From Kofleriaceae bacterium (GTDB taxonomy: Bacteria; Myxococcota_A; Polyangia; Haliangiales; Haliangiaceae): a stretch of 64,000 nt of DNA. This document shows positions 44,405-53,395 of the stretch, in pieces. The notes beneath the pieces were generated by a model. That model was given only the letters and a program-made list of their open reading frames with translations. It made no database searches and was not told where the DNA came from. The stretch spans positions 192,001 through 256,000 of the forward strand of contig CBDCCZ010000003.1 in assembly GCA_965215005.1 (NCBI GenBank). The letters are read 5' to 3'. The translations under genes and the position numbers were made by a program. Position 1 is the stretch's first letter, and every line of letters begins with the position of its first letter.

Positions 44405-45229
44405 ATGAGCGCTAAAATTCCCATTCTCGCAGTCATCGGTCTGACCGCCCTTTCGAGCTGCATGGAGGACAACCTCGGCGACGCCGCTCTCGATTCGCCG
44501 GTTACTCAACCCGATAATTCACCGGAGGGAACTGCGTACGACGGCACTCACGGCAGATACGACTCGATCTCTGGCCAACAGGTGCACTTGCGCTTCGCGG
44601 GATTCATTCCTTGCGATGCCGTCGGCATTCCCGCGCCATTCATACGGCGATGGTCGCACTACCGTGGCGACGGTCGCGGGTTTGACTTCGTCGGCGCCAA
44701 GCAGCGCAGCCGGGCGTCGCTCAGCGTGCTCGTTAGTCGGAACCGCATCGATGCCATGTCGCCCATCCTTGGCGAATCGCAAGGATTCACCTCTAGCCAG
44801 GTCACCTCCGGCCAAGGAAACTGCTTTACCGTTCGAGCGGGGCAGACTCCCGGCGAGCGCAAGCTCGACCCCAATCCCGAAATCATGGCCTGGCACTCGG
44901 CCAAAGGACAAAACCAAGGCTATGAGCTGACCAAAACTCGGCTCAAGTTGCACGCTACGGATCCCATCCCCTACGGGCCGGTGCCGTCGCTGGATGCCTA
45001 TGTCGATATCTGGATCTGGTGGAGCGGCAACACGCCGGTGCACTACTATCTCGATGGTAAACGCGACAGCTATCCGAGCTATGAGCTGTACATCAACGGC
45101 AACCGCGTGTACGCGTTCGACGCGTTAGCCGCTGGCACCTCGCCGCTCGACTTGGCGCTCAACGAGCGCACGTTCGATTCGGGCTCGGTCCATCGCATCC
45201 CGCGATTTCCGCCGGGCGTCAGTCCTTAG
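44405..45229 (+). CDS. Lipoprotein with a DUF3238-like domain
   Basis: LSSC lipobox; FIP...YRGDGRGF...SR...RDSYPSYELY resembles DUF3238 motifs. Confidence 0.6.
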   Translation: MSAKIPILAVIGLTALSSCMEDNLGDAALDSPVTQPDNSPEGTAYDGTHGRYDSISGQQVHLRFAGFIPCDAVGIPAPFIRRWSHYRGDGRGFDFVGAKQRSRASLSVLVSRNRIDAMSPILGESQGFTSSQVTSGQGNCFTVRAGQTPGERKLDPNPEIMAWHSAKGQNQGYELTKTRLKLHATDPIPYGPVPSLDAYVDIWIWWSGNTPVHYYLDGKRDSYPSYELYINGNRVYAFDALAAGTSPLDLALNERTFDSGSVHRIPRFPPGVSP

Positions 45230-45295
45230 TCGCGGCAACGTCTCGTCGCCACCAACGACGAGGTTAGCCAGATTTTCGAGCTCACCGCGACCAGG

Positions 45296-45397
45296 TTGAG
45301 GGAGACGCCGAAGGGGGCGGGTGAGCAGCGGACGTCTGCCGCCCTTGCCCCGCATCGGGGCGGCGGATTGCTGCGTCATCAATCCCGCGGCGGCGTA
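45296..45397 (+). repeat. ~100-bp dispersed repeat, copy B (intergenic between convergent ORFs)
   Basis: Roughly 80% identical to the reverse complement of 41244-41347 by manual alignment. Confidence 0.85.
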
Positions 45398-45433
45398 GTA
45401 GGACGCTGCGGAGCTACTGGAGGCGGGGCGGCT

Positions 45434-45706
45434 TCACTGGCCTGCTCGGTGAAGCTTTTTGTCGACCAGGTCGTGCTCGTGGTCGTGCTGGGCGCCTAGC
45501 TCTTCGCCGTCTAGGAAGAAGCGTTCTTCGACGGGGTCGAGATCTAGCGCGTCTACGGTGAGAAGCTCGTAGATGAGGTAGTAGTCGTCGCCAGGGTCAA
45601 CGGCGAGCTCGATTTCGGCGTAGTAGTCGTCGTCTAGGAGCATCGAGTGTTCTGGCGCGCGCCAGGTTTCTGTGCTCGCGCGCACTCTTTTTGAGGCGTT
45701 CCACAT
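45434..45706 (-). CDS. Small acidic hypothetical protein
   Basis: D/E/Y-rich composition, unlike the shadow ORFs; atypical CTA codons. Confidence 0.45.
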   Translation of the reverse strand: MWNASKRVRASTETWRAPEHSMLLDDDYYAEIELAVDPGDDYYLIYELLTVDALDLDPVEERFFLDGEELGAQHDHEHDLVDKKLHRAGQ

Positions 45707-46229
45707 CGTGGGTTGACCTAGCAAGGGTTAGTCCATGCTCTGCTTCTCAGAAGTTACCTATACTTGCTAAGACTCCGTGAGAAAGCTGCTGTGCGCGGTT
45801 TGCACGCCTGCTGGCGACTCTTGAGGTCTCCTCAGGAAACCTTCGTAGCAATGGTTTCGGCTGGCGATGGTGGAGCTCACGGCAGAAGCAGGCAGAAGCG
45901 CGCGAACGCTTGCGTCGAGCGCAGCGACGAGGGGACATTGTTAGTGGCCAAGCCACTGGCCACCCCTGATGCACCCGCGCCGCAGTACCTGCGGCGGCCC
46001 CGCCCGAGGAGCGCGCTGCAAACACCTGCCGAGCGGCGTCTTCACGGGCGCGAGGATGGCCGAACTAGCCACGCCCCCGGCTCCTTGAGCCGCCGCTTGC
46101 TCGGCCAACTAGCGAACACTACACAAGAACGGATCTGGCTGAGAGCTTGCTACCTGCCAAGCCTCGCCGGGTACCGAAGGCTGCGTTCGGGACCGTTTCG
46201 ATGGAACCACAACCGCCAGGAGCCTTCTC

Positions 46230-47576
46230 GTGTTCAGCTTTCCCCTCCGCGCCGCCCCTCTTCTTCTCGTCACCGCCAGCTGCGTGACGCCTAACGCGGA
46301 GCTGGAAGTCGATACCACTGCCGAGGAGGTCGTAGGCGGGCGCCACGAGAACGGCTACGCCGCCGCGGGACATTTGCTAAGCGGCTTTCGTCCCGACACC
46401 CTCACGGGCCCCGCGTGCGGAGCCGCGTTGATCGCTCCCACCATCGCAGTAACCGCCGCGCACTGCATCGACGATCCACAGTCGGTCTATGCGGTTGGCT
46501 TTGGCGACGTTTATTCGTCGCCGCCGCACCTCGTGAGTCACGTGGTCATGCACCCGAGTTACGACGGCGACCCCGGCAGATGGGAGCGCTGGCGTCACGA
46601 TCTGGCGGTACTACACCTCGCGACGCCAGTGCTCGACGTCGAGCCGGCCTCTATCGCGACGCCGCAACTCGGCTGCAATAGCCGCTACGTCGGTCACGGC
46701 CGCGTCACAGAAGGAACGTTCATCGAAGAAGACGGCTACACCGGCGAGCGCAAGAGCGCCGGCCAGTGCATCGATGAGATCGCCAACCAGCATCTCGTGA
46801 CCCACGGCACCGACGGCGGCTTATGCTGGGGCGATTCGGGTGGGCCGCTCCTGCAGCAAGGAACCAACCAGATACTGGGTGTGCTCGCAGACTTCGACGG
46901 CATCTTTTCCTGCTACATCGGCAACTCGATGATCTTCACCTCGCTCTCTGGCGAGCATACGTTCATTGATTGCGCGATAAACCGGAGTTCCGACTCCCCC
47001 GCGGGTCGTTTCAGCGACACGACGTGCCATTGGGCCGAGCCGTTCATCACAGCGCTCGCCGATTCGAACATCGTTGCTGGCTATCCCGAGGGCGCGTACG
47101 CGCCGGATCGCGCGTTAACCCGCGCTGAGCTCGCCGCGCTCATCGCAGCGGCCTTCGACCCCGCCGCCAAGCGCGACTCCAGACGCTTCCGCGACGTCGC
47201 CGGACACTGGGCCGCCGGTGTCATCGACGTTGCCTACCGCGGCGGATTTCTCTCCGGCTATCCCGATGGCTCGTTCCGCCCCGATGCCACGCTCACGCGC
47301 CTGGAAGCGCTCGTCGCCCTCGCCAGTGGCCTCGGGCTGCAGGACGCACCTGCCGAGCTAGCAAGCTTTGCCGACGCCGCGGCCATTCCCGTGTGGGCAC
47401 AAACGAAAGTCGCTGGCGCGAAGACCGGGGGTCTCATCGCGAGCTATCCAGACATCGGCCGGCTCGAGCCCGGCGCGCCGGCAACCCGTGCTGACGTCGC
47501 GGCCTTCATCTACCAATCGCTGGTCCACCTGGGGCGACTTCCGCCCCTCACGAATGACTACTTGATAGTGGAGTAG
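46230..47576 (+). CDS. Trypsin-like (S1) serine protease lipoprotein with three C-terminal SLH domains
   Basis: TAAHC, DLA and GDSGGP; FxD..HWA...GYPxGxxxPDxxxTRAE repeats. Confidence 0.9.
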   Translation: MFSFPLRAAPLLLVTASCVTPNAELEVDTTAEEVVGGRHENGYAAAGHLLSGFRPDTLTGPACGAALIAPTIAVTAAHCIDDPQSVYAVGFGDVYSSPPHLVSHVVMHPSYDGDPGRWERWRHDLAVLHLATPVLDVEPASIATPQLGCNSRYVGHGRVTEGTFIEEDGYTGERKSAGQCIDEIANQHLVTHGTDGGLCWGDSGGPLLQQGTNQILGVLADFDGIFSCYIGNSMIFTSLSGEHTFIDCAINRSSDSPAGRFSDTTCHWAEPFITALADSNIVAGYPEGAYAPDRALTRAELAALIAAAFDPAAKRDSRRFRDVAGHWAAGVIDVAYRGGFLSGYPDGSFRPDATLTRLEALVALASGLGLQDAPAELASFADAAAIPVWAQTKVAGAKTGGLIASYPDIGRLEPGAPATRADVAAFIYQSLVHLGRLPPLTNDYLIVE

Positions 47577-47581
47577 CCGCG

Positions 47582-48190
47582 TCAATCCTGCCCTTGCACA
47601 CGCACGGCGGCAACGAACAGCTGCACGAGCTCACTGACGTTCCGGCGATGCTCGACGGCATCCACGGCTTTGGTTCTTGCGCCCTCCGCCGAGCGAAATA
47701 GCAGCAGAGCGGCCTGCGGCGCCGTCATCTCCAGTGCCTGCAGCTCGATAGTCTTTGAGCGCGCGGCTCCGCGGATGAGGCTGGTGAGCATGGCCAAATA
47801 CGCCCTGTCTGCCTCGAGAATGATCTCACTGCTGAGCTGATCGCTCGCGGCGAGCAGCTCAGCGGCGTGAGGGCCGCGGTGCAGGAGCTCGAACACGTAG
47901 CCAAACTTCGCTTCGAGCATCTCGATCAACTGCTCCGCAAACGATTCCGCCTCACGGGCGCGTTCGGCGCGTGCAAGGAACGTCTGAACCACGAGCTCGC
48001 AAGCGCCTCGATAAATGTCGTCTTTACTCGGAAACGTCGCGTACAGCGTTCCCTTTGCCAGCCCCGCCTCCGCGGCAATGCGATCAACGGAGGTGCGACG
48101 ATAGCCGTAGCGACCGAACAGCATGATGGCAGCCTCTAAGATGCGACGGCTCTTTTCGGCAGAAGGATCAACCACCTGCGAAGAATACAC
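47582..48190 (-). CDS. TetR/AcrR transcriptional regulator
   Basis: ILEAAIMLFGRYGYRRTSVDRIAAEAGLAKGTLY helix-turn-helix. Confidence 0.92.
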   Translation of the reverse strand: MYSSQVVDPSAEKSRRILEAAIMLFGRYGYRRTSVDRIAAEAGLAKGTLYATFPSKDDIYRGACELVVQTFLARAERAREAESFAEQLIEMLEAKFGYVFELLHRGPHAAELLAASDQLSSEIILEADRAYLAMLTSLIRGAARSKTIELQALEMTAPQAALLLFRSAEGARTKAVDAVEHRRNVSELVQLFVAAVRVQGQD

Positions 48191-48209
48191 ACCGCTGGGC
48201 TCAAAAACT

Positions 48210-48241
48210 AATTGTACTGAATGAACTCATTCAGTACAATT
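48210..48241. promoter_or_regulatory. Perfect palindrome, probable TetR operator
   Basis: AATTGTACTGAATGA-ac-TCATTCAGTACAATT between the divergent tetR and reductase genes. Confidence 0.85.
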
Positions 48242-48265
48242 GAGACTCGACAAAAGGAGAGCCCT

Positions 48266-49312
48266 ATGACCACCAACACCCGGCCTATCTGCGTCACCGG
48301 TGCATCCGGCTTCATCGCCTCCCATATCGTCAAAGACCTGCTTGCCCATGGCTACCGCGTGCGCGGCACGGTTCGCGACGCCAGCCGCCGCGATAAATAC
48401 GACTACCTCCACGCGCTTCCCGGTGCCGCCGAGCGGCTGGAGCTGGTGAGCGCAGATCTTCTCGCGCCAGAAAGCTTTGCCGCAGCGGTCGCGGGATGTG
48501 AATACGTCCTCCATACCGCGAGCCCATACGTGCTCGACGTGAAGGACCCGCAGCGCGATCTCGTGGAGCCAGCAGTCAACGGCACCCGAGCGGTTCTCGC
48601 AGCATGCAAGAACGCAGGCGACGTGAAGCGAGTGGTCGTCACCTCATCGATGGCGGCCGTTACTGACGAGCCGGACTCCGAGCGGGTGCTTACGGAGGCA
48701 GACTGGAACGAATGCTCTTCGCTCACACGCAACCCTTACTATTACTCCAAGACCCTTGCGGAGCGCGAAGCGTGGCGGTTCCAGCAAGATGAAGCGCCGG
48801 CGTTCGACCTCGTGGTCATCAACCCGTTTCTGGTCATTGGCCCTTCGCTCACGCCAAGCCTCAACACCTCGAACCAGCTCTTTGTCGACATGCTCACCGG
48901 CAAGTATCCCGGCATCATGAATATTACGTGGGGCATGGTCGATGTTCGCGACGTCGCGCGCGCCCACCGGCTCGCCTTCGAGCGCGAGTCAGCATCGGGC
49001 CGCTACCTGTGCGCCAACACCACGATCTCGATGCGCGCCCTTGCCGACCTACTGCGTGAGCAAGGCTATGGAAGCTATTCGCTTCCTAAGCTGGGTATGG
49101 ACTGCTCCGCTGGTGATTTGATGGTGCGACTCTCGAGCTACTTCTATCCCAAAGGAACGGGAAGCTACTTGCGCACCCACGTAGGCCGCACTCCCCGGTT
49201 CGATCACGGCAAGATCCGCCGCGAGCTCGACCTCGAGTTCACGCCGCTAGCCGACTCCATCCGCGACACCGTCGATGACCTGCAGCGCTGGGGTCACCTC
49301 CAGGAGGCGTGA
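48266..49312 (+). CDS. NAD(P)-dependent extended SDR (dihydroflavonol-4-reductase / aldehyde reductase-like)
   Basis: TGASGFIA, HTASP, TSSMAAV, YYYSKTLAE and VDVRDVA; AAGGAG RBS. Confidence 0.9.
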   Translation: MTTNTRPICVTGASGFIASHIVKDLLAHGYRVRGTVRDASRRDKYDYLHALPGAAERLELVSADLLAPESFAAAVAGCEYVLHTASPYVLDVKDPQRDLVEPAVNGTRAVLAACKNAGDVKRVVVTSSMAAVTDEPDSERVLTEADWNECSSLTRNPYYYSKTLAEREAWRFQQDEAPAFDLVVINPFLVIGPSLTPSLNTSNQLFVDMLTGKYPGIMNITWGMVDVRDVARAHRLAFERESASGRYLCANTTISMRALADLLREQGYGSYSLPKLGMDCSAGDLMVRLSSYFYPKGTGSYLRTHVGRTPRFDHGKIRRELDLEFTPLADSIRDTVDDLQRWGHLQEA

Positions 49313-49430
49313 GTGGCTCATGAGCAGCTACTGCACTGCCCGCATTGGCGCGATGACCACGGCTCGTTCGAGCAGCCAGTGATAGGTGTTACTCATTGCA
49401 GGCGACGCCGCTGCACGATATGAAGCGCTG

Positions 49431-49937
49431 ATGCTTCGCCGCGCGCTCTGGATGTCGCTTCTCTTAACCCTTAGCTGCGCGCAGGCCGGCACCAACGCCG
49501 AACCGCTAAGTGTCGATGCTGCCGGGCTCGGACCGGCCGACGCCGCTCCGGCCGACGCTGCTGGCCCCGTGGACGCACTGGAGTCGCTGCCAGACGCGCA
49601 GCCCCCGCTTCCGGATGCGGCCCCACCGGCAGACGGGCCGGTGTCGCGTCCCCCCGACGCGATGCCACCGGCCGATGCTGCACGTCCCCCGGACGCAGCC
49701 CCCCCGGCCATTGACGCTCGCCCACCCGTGGACGCTAGCCCGCGGTGCGGCCAGATCAATCAGCCCTGCTGTCAATACCGCTACTGCGACGGCGACGAGG
49801 TGGCCTGCATCAGCGGCGGATGCGTCTACTATCCCAGCTGCGGCCAAACCAACACGCACTGCTGTGGCGGCTACGACGGCACGTGCCGCCAGCCGAGCGA
49901 TGAATGCCGCGAGAACGTCTGTCGGAGGCGCGACTAA
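49431..49937 (+). CDS. Small lipoprotein with a Pro/Asp/Ala linker and Cys-rich C-terminus
   Basis: TLSC lipobox, PDAAPP repeats and two CGQxNxxCC repeats. Confidence 0.7.
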   Translation: MLRRALWMSLLLTLSCAQAGTNAEPLSVDAAGLGPADAAPADAAGPVDALESLPDAQPPLPDAAPPADGPVSRPPDAMPPADAARPPDAAPPAIDARPPVDASPRCGQINQPCCQYRYCDGDEVACISGGCVYYPSCGQTNTHCCGGYDGTCRQPSDECRENVCRRRD

Positions 49938-49993
49938 AGGTGACCTTGTCGCGGACCTCGCGCCGTTGATCAAGCGCGGCGCATGCAGCGTCG

Positions 49994-50566
49994 CTATGGA
50001 GCCGTCAGCTGGTGCTCAGCGTAGTGCTTCCAGCACACCGGCACATATTCGCCGTCGGCGCCCAGCATGACCCGAGGACCTTCAAAAACGGCCTTCCCCG
50101 CCAGCAGTCGCAGGTTGAAGGTGGCTTTGCTAGTGCAGTACTGGCACGTCACCTTTACTTCCTCGATGCGATCCGCGAGCTCGAGAAGGCGCTGCGAGCC
50201 AGCGAAGAGTCGGGTTTGGAAGTCGGTGCGCAGGCCGTAGCAGATCACCGGCACCCCCGGATCAATCGTGGCGCGTCGCAGCTGCTCGATGACGGCCGGC
50301 GCGAGAAACTGCGCTTCATCCACGAGCACGCAGTCCAGCGGCGGCGCCAGCAGCGGCCCGAGGTCGCTGTCGGCGTCGATCAGCGCGTCGGCATCGGCGG
50401 TTAGTCCCGAGCGAGAGGCAATGCGCCCGGCACCGAATCGGTCGTCCAGTCGCGGCTTGAGGAGCAACACCCGCTTGCCCTGCTTGCGGTAATTGTGCGC
50501 GACCGCGAGCAGGTTCAACGTCTTGGCACTATCCATGGTGCCGTAGCGAAAGTAGAGCTTTGCCAT
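49994..50566 (-). CDS. tdk: Thymidine kinase
   Basis: AKLYFRYGTMDSAKT, VDEAQFL, CYGLRTDF and zinc-binding Cys. Confidence 0.95.
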   Translation of the reverse strand: MAKLYFRYGTMDSAKTLNLLAVAHNYRKQGKRVLLLKPRLDDRFGAGRIASRSGLTADADALIDADSDLGPLLAPPLDCVLVDEAQFLAPAVIEQLRRATIDPGVPVICYGLRTDFQTRLFAGSQRLLELADRIEEVKVTCQYCTSKATFNLRLLAGKAVFEGPRVMLGADGEYVPVCWKHYAEHQLTAP

Positions 50567-50659
50567 CGCGTTAGCCCGTAACGTCCGATAGAGACCTTCG
50601 GTTGCCGCAAACTGATAGGCCCGTGCAAGCGCGCACGTGCCGCTTCCATGCAATGACCA

Positions 50660-52897
50660 TTATTGATCACCCGCGACGCCCGCGTTCTCCGCGCGCGCCT
50701 TCGCCACCGCCGCACGCGCGGCTCGCAAATCAATCTGCTGCAAGAACGCCAGCTTCTGAGCCGCCGCCACGTCGCCCGAGATTCGCAGCTTGCCGGAGGA
50801 ATACAGCTTTATCGCATCGGCCTTGCCACTCACCATAGCCAGAAAATCGGCTTCCGCGAGGGCAAGCGTGCAATCGGCACTCGCGGCTTCGCCTTGGCTA
50901 ACGCTGCCAGCGGAGTTCTTGAGGTCGATGGTCCAGGTGCTGTCGGGATCACGCAGCTGAAAGCGAAAGACGGTGCGGACGCGCTCCACGAGCGCCGGAT
51001 GGCGTTCGATATGATCGCGGATGGCAACGAACACGTCCGCGCTGGAAGGAGCTTCCGCGGCTTGTCCTGCTTCTGCAATCCCGCCCAGAGTCGGCACCTC
51101 TTGGTGCAGCTCGACCGCCGCGTCGGATAGCACGACCACGTCGCGCTCGACGACCTTGCACTGAAACACAACGCGTTGCGGCGACTCGCGCCACATCTCG
51201 GTCCGCAGCGTCTCGCCAGGAAACACGCTGGCCGCAAACCGCGCCCGGATGCTCTTGAAGTAGTCGGCGTCGCCATTCGGCGCCATCGCCTCGAGCACGT
51301 GGCGGGTCGCATAGCCAAACGTGCACAAGCCATGGAGGATCGGCCGATCGAAGCCGAAGGCTTTGGCAAATCCCGGATCAGCGTGCAGCGGATTCCAGTC
51401 GCCGCTGAGGCGATAGAGCAGCCCCTGCTGGAGCGGAATCAGCTCCTCGCGCACTTCATCCGGCGCGCGCTCGGGAATCGTGCCTTCGCGACTCGGCCCG
51501 CGGTCACCGCCCCAGCCGCCGCCACCACGCACCAGCGCCGTGACCTCATTGCGCATCAGCGTTCTACCCTCGCCGTCGTAGCTGAGGATTTCCGTCACGA
51601 CCAACGCGTGCTCGCCTTTATCGAAGATATCTTTGATGCGGGCTCGATGGCTCAACGTTTGGCTAGTCGGCAGCGGTCGCATCAGCTCCGTGTACTGTTC
51701 ACCGTGCAAGACCCGATCGAGCCCATAATGCAGCCCCGGCGCTTGCTTGCCCTCCACCGCCAGCTGAAGCATTGCGTTGAGCGCTGGAATGACCGCAAAG
51801 CTCGGCAACACCTTCATCCCACTTTCGTGGCGCTCGTACACGAGCTGGAGCTCTTGGTCGTCGGTAGGCCGCGAGCCCGCACCCACGCCGAGCGCATACA
51901 GCGCGACGCTCTTCTCATCATAGCTCGACTGCACCTCTGGATAGGAGTAACCGAGGGCGGCATCCACGTCGATGAGCTCGCTACCGCCCTTGGAAGGTCC
52001 CGCCGCGACATTCTCCATGATCGGTTGCAGGGACGCGGCAACACTATCGGGATGAGTCGCGTGCGCAAAGCTCGTGATGTCACTCCAAGCCTGATCCACG
52101 TCTTCGATGGACGGTGATCGACCGGCGCGGACCATCTTGCCGGCGCTGCGCTCCCAGCGCAGCTTCGAGAAGAATCCGCCGCCTACTTCGAAGATGGCGC
52201 CCGTCTCCTGCGACGACTCGTGGCAGAGGCGCGCGACGAGTGGCGAGACATATTCGGGGCGAAGTGCCGCGACCAGCGGCGCGGGCAGAATCGTCTCGGT
52301 CATGCGCGAGCCGGCGATGGGCGCGATGGTGTTCACCAAGATGTTCTTGCGCCGTCCCTCGGTGGCTAGTGCCAACGCAAAACCGGCGAGGCCGAGCTTG
52401 GCCATTGCGTAGTTTGTCTGGCCGAAGTTTCCATAGAGCCCTGCTGCTGAGGCAGTCATGATCACGCGCCCGTATCCCTGCTCACGCATCAGTGGCCATG
52501 CGGCGTGGGTGACGCGAAAGGCGCCTTGCACGTGGACCTCATACACCTTGTCCCAATCCTCCTGCGTCATCTTGTGAAATGACACGTCGCGCAGGATGCC
52601 GGCGTTGTTGATGACGATGTCGATGCGGCCAAAGGCCTCGACCGCGGCGCGCACGATGCTGGCGCCGTCGCTGACCGAGTCGTAGTTGGCGACGGCCTCG
52701 CCGCCGCCGGCGCGAATTTCTTCGACTACGGCATCCGCGGCGCGGCTCGAGGAGCCATCGCCGGTGATGCTGCCGCCGAGATCATTGACCAAGACTTTGG
52801 CGCCGCGCGCGGCCAAGAGCAGCGCGTGCGCTTTCCCCAAACCGCCACCGGCGCCGGTAACGATGGCCACTCTGTCATCGAATCGTAGTTGACTCAT
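50660..52897 (-). CDS. MFE-2/HSD17B4-like multifunctional enzyme (SDR + hydratase-2 + SCP2)
   Basis: TGAGGGLG, NNAGILRD and NYAMAK; LHGEQ and YRLSGDWNPLHADP...LHGLC; C-terminal SCP2 (GKLRISGD). Confidence 0.93.
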   Translation of the reverse strand: MSQLRFDDRVAIVTGAGGGLGKAHALLLAARGAKVLVNDLGGSITGDGSSSRAADAVVEEIRAGGGEAVANYDSVSDGASIVRAAVEAFGRIDIVINNAGILRDVSFHKMTQEDWDKVYEVHVQGAFRVTHAAWPLMREQGYGRVIMTASAAGLYGNFGQTNYAMAKLGLAGFALALATEGRRKNILVNTIAPIAGSRMTETILPAPLVAALRPEYVSPLVARLCHESSQETGAIFEVGGGFFSKLRWERSAGKMVRAGRSPSIEDVDQAWSDITSFAHATHPDSVAASLQPIMENVAAGPSKGGSELIDVDAALGYSYPEVQSSYDEKSVALYALGVGAGSRPTDDQELQLVYERHESGMKVLPSFAVIPALNAMLQLAVEGKQAPGLHYGLDRVLHGEQYTELMRPLPTSQTLSHRARIKDIFDKGEHALVVTEILSYDGEGRTLMRNEVTALVRGGGGWGGDRGPSREGTIPERAPDEVREELIPLQQGLLYRLSGDWNPLHADPGFAKAFGFDRPILHGLCTFGYATRHVLEAMAPNGDADYFKSIRARFAASVFPGETLRTEMWRESPQRVVFQCKVVERDVVVLSDAAVELHQEVPTLGGIAEAGQAAEAPSSADVFVAIRDHIERHPALVERVRTVFRFQLRDPDSTWTIDLKNSAGSVSQGEAASADCTLALAEADFLAMVSGKADAIKLYSSGKLRISGDVAAAQKLAFLQQIDLRAARAAVAKARAENAGVAGDQ

Positions 52898-53026
52898 GGT
52901 GATTCCTCGGTCGCAGGAAGACCGTTTCCACGGCAGCGAGCGGAACGCAAAAGCACGTGTTGCTTCTGCCTAGGCTCGAGGCTGTGATTGTACGCGAGGA
53001 ATCGCCGCCAGAGGCACCGAGAGAAG

Positions 53027-53280
53027 CTAGGACATGAACATGTCGAGCGCTCGCGTCGTCGCGGCCGTAGCGACGCCATACCCCACATGCGCGGCCAACG
53101 TCGTGATGTGCATCGATGGTGGATGCTCCGTCGGCTTCTCGCCAAGGCCGAGCAGCGGAACCGCGAGCTCATCGCCAAGGGCCCACAGACCGACGCCAAA
53201 CATGGCGCCACCGAGAACATAGAATCCGCGGGCGCGAGGCGCGCGGACGAGTCCGTAGCCGACAGCCATGGTCAAACCGC
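53027..53280 (-). pseudogene. 5'-truncated DUF1440-like membrane protein fragment
   Basis: GAMFGVGLWALGDELAVPLLGL...LAAHVGYG; the upstream frame looks non-coding. Confidence 0.5.
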
Positions 53281-53395
53281 ATCTTTTCTGCGGAGCTGAC
53301 GGCGGTGCAACTGCCGTACTTTCCCACTCGAGAGTCTCTCCGGCAGAGACCACGTAACCTCGACCTCTCGCCCTAGCTATTCCGCCGTGGATGCG

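Noticed and set aside
41244..45397. Inverted repeat pair as the ends of one transposon
   Set aside because: No transposase or TSD, and one copy lies inside a gene coupled to lytTR outside the interval.
45730..46229. Long intergenic stretch (also 40200-40520 and 44020-44400) as ncRNA or riboswitch
   Set aside because: No recognisable motif by eye; an Rfam scan would be needed.
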